From assembly GCA_964019335.1 (NCBI GenBank), contig OZ025748.1, forward strand, positions 124,001 to 188,000: 64,000 nucleotides of DNA. Direction: 5' to 3'. The position numbers were made by a program, and so were the translations under genes. The notes under the pieces are model-generated. The model did not search any database. It was not told the DNA's origin and was given only the letters and a program-made list of their open reading frames with translations. Positions 57,368-64,000 of the stretch are shown piece by piece (the first letter of the stretch is position 1; every line of letters begins with the position of its first letter). The stretch is from Diplonema japonicum. Taxonomy: Eukaryota > Protista > Euglenozoa: Diplonemea.

Positions 57368-57788
57368 CGGGAGAAAAAGACTGTCCTGCTGGAAGTCTTT
57401 GGAATTTTCTTTTTTTTTTTTTTTTTTTTTTTGAAGTTTCCCAAAAAAAGAAAAAAAAAATATTTATACAGGGTAACCACACCCGTTGGGTGCAGAATTT
57501 ACCTTTCGAAAGTGTGACGCACAGGGAACTGTTGGACATGGAAAGGGAGCGGCACAAAAAGGCCCACGAGCGCTACAAGAAGGTGTACAATGAGAAATAC
57601 GACCGGCCACGGAAATGATGGGGGGGGGGGGGGGGGAGGGGTTTAGTTATTATTATCCCCCACCCACTTCTTTTTTTTTTACCATAATTTTAAAACACAA
57701 TTTCTCACCACAGTGCGGAGGGGGGCACTGGGAGGAGAGAGAGAAAAACAAAAAAAAAACAAAAACAAAAACAAAAACAAAAAAAAAT

Positions 57789-60623
57789 ATGGTCCTAGAA
57801 GTTACAATTTTAGGCAACAAGACAAACCAGGTCATCCACAGCTTCGGGGCCAGCGATGCATGGAGCACGAATCAAGTCGGGCTGTGGGATTCGGGGAAAA
57901 AAGAGGAGATCGCAAAACTTCTTTTCGACAGGAGTCTGGACGACGAAGGGAGGCCAAGAGGCATAGGCCTGTCATGCTGGCGAATCATGGCAGGGGCGGG
58001 AAGCGCGAGAATATCAAAAGGACCAAAAACATGGCGGCACACCGATACATACCTCAAGCCCGAGTGGGCACAACGAGGAGTAGGCGACGATACCTCCTAC
58101 GATTTCAACAGAAACCCTGGGCAGAGGTGGTTCTTGCACGCTGCAAGGAAATACAACGTCCCGCACTATGTCCTTTTCGCGCATGCCCCACCGTACCCAC
58201 TGACGGTCAATGGTGTGACGTCCTCGTCAACATGCAGCCTCAAGACACATGATGGCTTCCGATCTCGCGAGTTTGCAGCGTATCTCTGCAAGATCGCGTC
58301 ACATTTTGAACGCCTTGGTGTTGTGTTCTCCGCGATCTCCCCTGTGCACGAGCCTCATTGGAACGGGGCAGACGTTGACACAGAAAGCTGCCCCTACACA
58401 AACGAAGAGGTCGGGCTCGTCGCGCAGTCGCTCGAAGCCGAGATCCGAGCCCGCCGTCTGCCTGCATTAGTCGGTGTTCCCGAAGCTGGGTGCATCGACT
58501 ACCTCATCGAAACGATACCTGGATACGAAAGGTCGTCTGGGTTCATCAGTGCTTACTTTGGAGACGGCGAGCTTTGCCCTCCCAAGGGGCTTACATTGAT
58601 CACAGGACATTCCTATTTTTCATGCTGGTCGCAGGAGGACAGGCTTATCGACTCCCGAGAACGACTTTCAGACGCGATCCGCCCGAGCTTGAAAAACGGT
58701 GCACAGTACTGGGCCACGGAGTACTCCCTGTACATCCCGTTGAGCGAGCCTTTCGTCCCGAAGCAGGTCGTGCGCGCGTTGTCGCCCGGAGGGAGAGACG
58801 AAGCAGTTCAAGACAGAACAAATATAGATTCCGCACTGTGGGCTGCGAGGGTGATCCACGCCGATCTCGCGGTGGCAAACGCATCTGCATGGCATTGGTG
58901 GCTGGCGCTTTCCCCGACAGATGTCCCAGACGGTTTGATAAGGTACGACAACGAGGAGCAGACCTACACCCCCACAAAGACCTTCTACGCGTTGGGGAAC
59001 TACTCGCTTTTCGTTCGCCCTGGAATGACGCGTGTCGACATGCACCGGTCGGACCACAAGGTGGACCGGGAGGTCCTCGAGGAAACCTTGTTCTCCGCCT
59101 ACATGGGCGAGGGCACTGTCGTGCTAATCGCCACGAACATGTCCCACATCGACCAAGAGGTTCAGGTCGGCCTCACCAACTGCGGGTCCCTCCTCCCTGG
59201 GGCGACATGGTTCACGTCTTACCTCACATCTGCCGGTGCCAGCCTTACTCCCTATCAAACCTTCTGTGTCGGCGGGACGGTCACCATCCCCAAGCGGTCC
59301 ATTGTGACCTCTGTCGCGTACACGGTGTCGGAAGGATCGGAGTTCTTCCTCCTCGCTGCGTCAAGCGAGCACGGTGTTCCCATGTGCCTTGAGGTGGCCC
59401 AAGCATCGCCTGCAAAGTGTGCGGTGGTAGGGCTTGGGAAGCTACATGGACACGCACACCAGGCTTGGAGATTCTTCGGCGTTTCTGGTGGACTCCTCGG
59501 CCTCGCAGCCTGCCACTCGGGACATGCGTTGGAAGTCGTGAACGGATCCACGATGCCAAAAGCGCCTTTGCACCAAAACGGTGTGCGGTCCTTCGAAGCA
59601 CAGAACTGGACGCTTGGCAAGCTTTCCAACGGGTGTGCATACCTTTCCGTGAAGCACGTGGGACATGTGTTGGAAGCTTACGGGAGTGCGGTAAGAGTGA
59701 GCCAGAGATCGGGCCGTCCTGAACAGCTTTGGTTCCTTGTACCAAGGGACAGCAATTTGAAGAACCTACCGTCGAACCCTGCGTTGGCCGCAGCCCGCAG
59801 CGCGCAGACGACCAAAACTGCATGGGCAGGGGAATGGGTGGACGAACTCCCGCCGCCCATGGCAACCGTTAAGCAGATCATGAAGCCTAAAGGACGGTAC
59901 GACACTCCACAACAGGTGGAAACGATGACGACGGTGCAGAAAACTAACAGCGGACGGTCGTCACCTGAAATGCGGGGCGAGGTGACCACATCACAGGCGG
60001 ACGAGCTGCGGAAAGAATTGCAGAGGCAGAACGAGCAGATCCTCCAGCAGAAGCAACTGCTGCAGATACACCAACAGCAGTTGAAACGCAGCACCGGAAA
60101 GCACTCACGGAGAAAGGAAAAGGAAAAAGAAAAGGACAAAGAAACAGAGAGGGCAAAAGAGTACCAAGTCGTTGAAGACGCAATTGAGCGCCCGTCGCCA
60201 GGCCTGCCGGGGAGAACCGTCAGTGTCAGTGCGTCAAATCAGTCGTTTCATGACAAGGCGTCATCTGTGTATTCTAAGCACAGCGGTACAGCTAGTTCCA
60301 GGCATAGCAGGGCCACTACGCCATCTTCGGCTGGATCAGAGCCGTGGCATTTACTAATGAACCTTAGGATGCAGCCTGCCGACTTTAACGAGGCTTTTCA
60401 AGAGTCCTTTAAGGCAACGATCTCACGGTCTCTAGACCTTTCCCCTCGGCACATCACCCTTGCCTATGCTGGGCAGACGTCACGCGGGATACAGGCAAAG
60501 GTCTCCCTGACAGAAATAGAGGGTTCCAACATGCGGGAGCGGCTCATTGAAGCCGTGAACCATGCCCAGCAACCCCCCCCGTCTGCCCCCCAGTCTTCCG
60601 TGTCGTCCTCTGCCACACACTAG
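57789..60623 (+). CDS. GH30-family glycoside hydrolase + ricin-B lectin domain + low-complexity/coiled-coil tail
   Basis: SFGASDAW, GIGLSCWRI.AGAGS, ISPVHEP, HSYF, WATEY, AWHWW, LGNYSLFVRPG; QxW repeats (HQAW, AQNW, EQLW). Confidence 0.88.
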   Translation: MVLEVTILGNKTNQVIHSFGASDAWSTNQVGLWDSGKKEEIAKLLFDRSLDDEGRPRGIGLSCWRIMAGAGSARISKGPKTWRHTDTYLKPEWAQRGVGDDTSYDFNRNPGQRWFLHAARKYNVPHYVLFAHAPPYPLTVNGVTSSSTCSLKTHDGFRSREFAAYLCKIASHFERLGVVFSAISPVHEPHWNGADVDTESCPYTNEEVGLVAQSLEAEIRARRLPALVGVPEAGCIDYLIETIPGYERSSGFISAYFGDGELCPPKGLTLITGHSYFSCWSQEDRLIDSRERLSDAIRPSLKNGAQYWATEYSLYIPLSEPFVPKQVVRALSPGGRDEAVQDRTNIDSALWAARVIHADLAVANASAWHWWLALSPTDVPDGLIRYDNEEQTYTPTKTFYALGNYSLFVRPGMTRVDMHRSDHKVDREVLEETLFSAYMGEGTVVLIATNMSHIDQEVQVGLTNCGSLLPGATWFTSYLTSAGASLTPYQTFCVGGTVTIPKRSIVTSVAYTVSEGSEFFLLAASSEHGVPMCLEVAQASPAKCAVVGLGKLHGHAHQAWRFFGVSGGLLGLAACHSGHALEVVNGSTMPKAPLHQNGVRSFEAQNWTLGKLSNGCAYLSVKHVGHVLEAYGSAVRVSQRSGRPEQLWFLVPRDSNLKNLPSNPALAAARSAQTTKTAWAGEWVDELPPPMATVKQIMKPKGRYDTPQQVETMTTVQKTNSGRSSPEMRGEVTTSQADELRKELQRQNEQILQQKQLLQIHQQQLKRSTGKHSRRKEKEKEKDKETERAKEYQVVEDAIERPSPGLPGRTVSVSASNQSFHDKASSVYSKHSGTASSRHSRATTPSSAGSEPWHLLMNLRMQPADFNEAFQESFKATISRSLDLSPRHITLAYAGQTSRGIQAKVSLTEIEGSNMRERLIEAVNHAQQPPPSAPQSSVSSSATH

Positions 60624-60785
60624 AATAGGAAGAGGAAAAAAAAAAAAAAGAAAGTTAGATTTTAGTTATTTTCTTCCCCCCCCCTTTTTTTTTCACCCCA
60701 TTTTTTTTGTTTCGTAAAACAATGACAAAAAAAAAAAGGAGGGGGGAAGGGGAGAAAGGAGCGGGTAAGAAGAAAGGGAAGAAGG

Positions 60786-60819
<34 letters not shown>

Positions 60820-60820
<1 letters not shown>

Positions 60821-62139
60821 TGCTTCGATCTGCTCTGATCCTCGCCACAGTGCTCATGATTGCCATGGTCGGCGTGCAGGTCATCGAGACAAGGGACCTC
60901 TTGGCTAGTGGTGGCAACGGCAATGGGGCCCCTTCAATACGGGTTCCCGCCCCTGAGGTGGCGACTGTCCCCCCTGCCCCCCCTGTTATAGCGCCTGAAG
61001 GTCAGCCTCACCGAGGGGAAAACGAGCTGCCGAAGAAATGCGTGGAGCTAGGCCCGAAATTCACGGGATTTTTGAAGAAATACCTGGGGGAGAAGAAGAA
61101 AAAGAGGTTGGTGTACAACTGTGAACCTAATAAAAAACGGTTTTGCGGCGGGACGGGCGACCGGATGAGGGGGATCGCGGGACTGTTCTTTCTGGCGATG
61201 GTGACGGATAGAGAGTTCGGGATCTACGCCCCGTACCCCGCTCCTTTGACAGCGTTCTACCGGGAGTCCCACGTGAAGTGGCACATCGCAGAAGAGAAGG
61301 AGATCGAGGCCATCCCAGTGGACACTTCAATGATGCGGCTGCAAAAACACCACAAGTTCATGAAATTTTTAAGTAGTAAAGAGACCGACGACAAGGATGT
61401 CAGAGCACAGTCGAATTCTTTCGACCCGACCCCGTACGCCGTCGCGGAGCCGCGGCTTCGAGCAAAGATCGCCGATATGGGGCTCGGCGGCTGCAATATT
61501 ACCTGCTTCTACGGGTGCATGTTCGACTTGCTGTTTGAACTCAACGACGAGGCTCGAAAAATGGTCGACAGCACCATCGGTGGGAAAGGCGATTTTGTCG
61601 GGATGCAGGTAAGAGTGAGCGGGCCGATGGCAACCGGTCTTCAAATCCCGGAAAAATGGCGGACGCACCCTGCAGCTTTCCCGCTTTTCTGGGAAGTTCT
61701 TGACGGGATTTTCGAGAAGACCCCCAAAATGAAACTTTTTGTAACAACTGATGCTCCTGATTTTCTTAAGATGGTCGAGAAAAAGTACGGGTCAAGGGTG
61801 TTCTCCACGCCAGGGGAGCAGTTTAACCACACTGATTCTTCAGAGCTTCATTCCCTCCGTCCTGAGAAGTACAAGCTATTCGACGACACCGTTTCAAAAA
61901 CAAAAAAGTTCCAGCTCACGCTCCTCAACAACTATGTGCTCGGCGAGAGTGCCGAGATGGTTATGGCTCAGTCTGGGTTCGGAGACACGGCCTTCTGGCG
62001 AACTAAGAAAACCGCCACCTGCATCTTTGTAAACATCGACACATACCGCTCTGCATGGAAGCACCGGCTTGTGTACGCTAACCCAAGTCAAAGCGTCCAA
62101 AAGCGGAACAACAAAATCATACAGATAGAACCACCGTGA
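60820..62139 (+). CDS. Type II membrane fucosyltransferase-like glycosyltransferase
   Basis: N-terminal TM, Pro-rich stem; CGGTGDRMRGI, GMQVR, LFVTTD, SGFG motifs. Confidence 0.75.
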
Positions 62140-62358
62140 AGGACGGAGGCGGTAATGAACGACTGCCTTCTGGCGGGGATATCATCCTTGATGGGTGATA
62201 CATTGGATTAACAACAAAAAGGGGGGGGGATGTCTAAAAAAATGCCAGTTTGTTTTTCTCATTTTTTTATATGTTCTCCTCTTGGGGGAGGGAAAAAAAA
62301 GAAGAAAAAAAAAAGCGAACGCGGAACAATTTAAAAAAAAAAAAAAAAAAGAGCGAAT

Positions 62359-62607
62359 ATGCCATCGGAAGGAGCAATGGCGGCCATCTACGGGAAGCAG
62401 GACCCGGACGAGAAGAAGAAAAAACTCGAGAGCTCCTTGCAGACGTGGTGGAGCACATATGCGGAGAGAAAGAACGATGAGGACGGTGAAGCGGTTGCAG
62501 ACACTTTGCTTTACGACAAAAACACATTGCCCAGAACAACCCCTTCACCTGTATTCGAGAATGGGCGGACAGCTGAGGAGGTGCGGCTAGGCAACAAAAG
62601 CAACTAA
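62359..62607 (+). CDS. Small hypothetical protein (82 aa)
   Basis: ATG after an A-run, coding-like composition, flanked by typical spacers. Confidence 0.6.
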   Translation: MPSEGAMAAIYGKQDPDEKKKKLESSLQTWWSTYAERKNDEDGEAVADTLLYDKNTLPRTTPSPVFENGRTAEEVRLGNKSN

Positions 62608-62826
62608 CTTTCCCCCCCCTTTTATTTCTTGCGTGTTCTTTTTCTTTTTATACATAACTTTTGATATTCTGCCCACCACCCTGTCTCTAGTCGACCATCT
62701 TAACCTTGAGAAGAGGACAGTCCTCGCTCTAAAATCCGTGATGTTTGTAAGATCACTTTTCAAAGACAGGGGGGGGTTTTTTTTTTGAGAGAAACAGAAC
62801 AGAAACACAACAACGACAACAAAAGA

Positions 62827-64000
62827 ATGAACACCATGACAGTGTTCGTGAAGACAAGAGGCGGGGTTCACGATGTAGAAGTGTCGGAGAAGGAGACGGT
62901 GGGGAGCCTGTACAAGAAGGTGGGGTGTGCTGCTGGTTTACTCGAAGGCAAGTTCAAACTGTTTTGGGAAGGAGAGGTCCTGGACATCGACTGGGATGTA
63001 GATCTTCAGGTCCAGGAACTTGGGCTCGTGGAGGGCTGCGTGGTCCACGTGGAGGCGGAGATGAGTAACGTACTGCTGGAGGACCTGAAAAATTTTAAAG
63101 TGGTTTCGGAGCTTGAGGGGCTTGTGGCAGCTGACCCTGAGCTAGTTCTTGTGGTGGAGGTGGGAAACTCGCCAGCTGTCGATGTCTTGTCCATGAGCAG
63201 CAGTGACCTTCCTTCCGGACTTCGGTTCCTCGTTGTCACCGACTCCACAGGCTGTGTTACGAGTATAGACGATATGTTTCTTAGAGGCTGCGACCACCTG
63301 AAGTCTGTCGATCTCGTCCTCCCCAAAGTTTCTACCATTTATTCTGATTTCTTGTATGATTGCATAAAAATAAAAAACATCGACTTGAATGCGATGACCA
63401 ATCTTTCCTCTATTGGTGATCGCTTCTTGTTTAGATGTGAAAATCTAGAAACTGTTGACTTGAGTTCTATGACCAATCTGTCTTCCATTGGTGATTACTT
63501 CTTGTCAGGTTGCAACAAACTAAAAAACATCGACTTGAGTTCGATGACCAATCTGTCTTGCATTGGTTCTCACTTCTTGTCAAGATGTGAAATAGAAACC
63601 ATCGACTTGAATGCGACATCAAAGCTTTCCTCTATTGGTGATTGCTTCTTGTTTGGATGTAAAAAACTAGAAACAATTGACTTGAATGCGATGACCACAC
63701 TTAAGGTCGTCGGGTCCTATTTCTTAAGAGGGTGCAGCAAACTAGAAACCATCGACTTGAATGCGATGATCAATTTTTCTTTCATTGGTAATAGCTTCTT
63801 GAAAGGGTGCACAAAACTGGAAACCATCGACTTGAGTTCGCTGACCAATCTGTCTTGCATTGGTAACCATTTTTTGTCAGGGTGCAAAAAACTAGAAACC
63901 ATCGACTTGAATGCGATGACCAATCTTAAATCCATTGGTCATCACTTCTTGTCAAGATGTGAAAAACTAGAAACCATCGACTTGAATGCGATGACGAATC
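62827..64000 (+). CDS. Ubiquitin-like domain + BspA-type leucine-rich repeat protein, 3'-partial (absent from the ORF track)
   Basis: My translation: MNTMTVFVKTRGGVHDVEVSEKETVGSLYKKV..KLFWEGEVL..ELGLVEGCVVHV, then LRRs IDLNAMTNLSSIGDRFLFRCENLET; no stop before the window end. Confidence 0.85.
   Translation, partial: MNTMTVFVKTRGGVHDVEVSEKETVGSLYKKVGCAAGLLEGKFKLFWEGEVLDIDWDVDLQVQELGLVEGCVVHVEAEMSNVLLEDLKNFKVVSELEGLVAADPELVLVVEVGNSPAVDVLSMSSSDLPSGLRFLVVTDSTGCVTSIDDMFLRGCDHLKSVDLVLPKVSTIYSDFLYDCIKIKNIDLNAMTNLSSIGDRFLFRCENLETVDLSSMTNLSSIGDYFLSGCNKLKNIDLSSMTNLSCIGSHFLSRCEIETIDLNATSKLSSIGDCFLFGCKKLETIDLNAMTTLKVVGSYFLRGCSKLETIDLNAMINFSFIGNSFLKGCTKLETIDLSSLTNLSCIGNHFLSGCKKLETIDLNAMTNLKSIGHHFLSRCEKLETIDLNAMTN
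63379..64000 (+). repeat. 75-bp coding tandem repeat (25-aa LRR), 8 full units plus one partial
   Basis: Unit starts at 63379, 63454, 63529, 63601 (one 72-bp unit), 63676, 63751, 63826, 63901, 63976. Confidence 0.9.

Noticed and set aside
1-64000. Minus-strand ORFs overlapping genes (e.g. 3234-3968, 33805-34875, 51983-52666)
   Set aside because: Antisense shadows of + strand CDS with no recognisable motifs; only the piggyBac fragments are credible on minus
1-64000. Alternative genetic code or programmed frameshifting as the explanation for broken genes
   Set aside because: TAA, TAG and TGA all end genes normally, and the host-gene breaks are resolved by GT-AG introns
63379-64000. CRISPR-like periodic repeat
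   Set aside because: The period is 75 bp, in frame, and encodes LRRs; there are no unique spacers or cas genes, and the context is eukaryotic
1-64000. Spliced-leader RNA gene, rRNA or tRNA genes
   Set aside because: By eye I found no euglenozoan SL core (CAGTTTCTGTACTTTATTG-like) and no rRNA or tRNA sequence; a covariance-model scan was not possible

Overview
Eukaryotic nuclear DNA, very probably a euglenozoan and most consistent with a diplonemid (an inference from gene organisation and gene families, not a database result). About 30 host protein genes all lie on the + strand in one uninterrupted unidirectional cluster. Spacers are as short as ~90 nt and are made largely of homopolymer runs, typically stop - [A or G run] - T run - AG - A run - ATG, as expected for polycistronic transcription with trans-splicing. 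The ORF track misreads many genes: I reconstructed 13 tiny GT-AG introns (36-75 nt), most filled with poly(A) rather than a polypyrimidine tract and three ending in ...AAAAAG. Removing them restores HPS5/TECPR2-like, API5, dynactin p150, epimerase, EndoV and HECTD1-like reading frames. Four degenerate transposons are present: Sola-like, a non-LTR retroelement, piggyBac with a TTAT target duplication, and a pogo-like element whose TIRs carry splice signals. Best candidates for new biology: (1) the poly(A) mini-intron / poly(A)-leader architecture; (2) a cluster of five ~135-nt structured repeats at 38.0-39.6 kb with compensatory base changes and an AGA-box-like end; (3) the pogo-like element with splice-site TIRs; (4) a ubiquitin-like plus hypervariable-LRR gene and a cathepsin with unrecognised Cys-rich repeats. 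Homopolymer lengths may be affected by assembly error.
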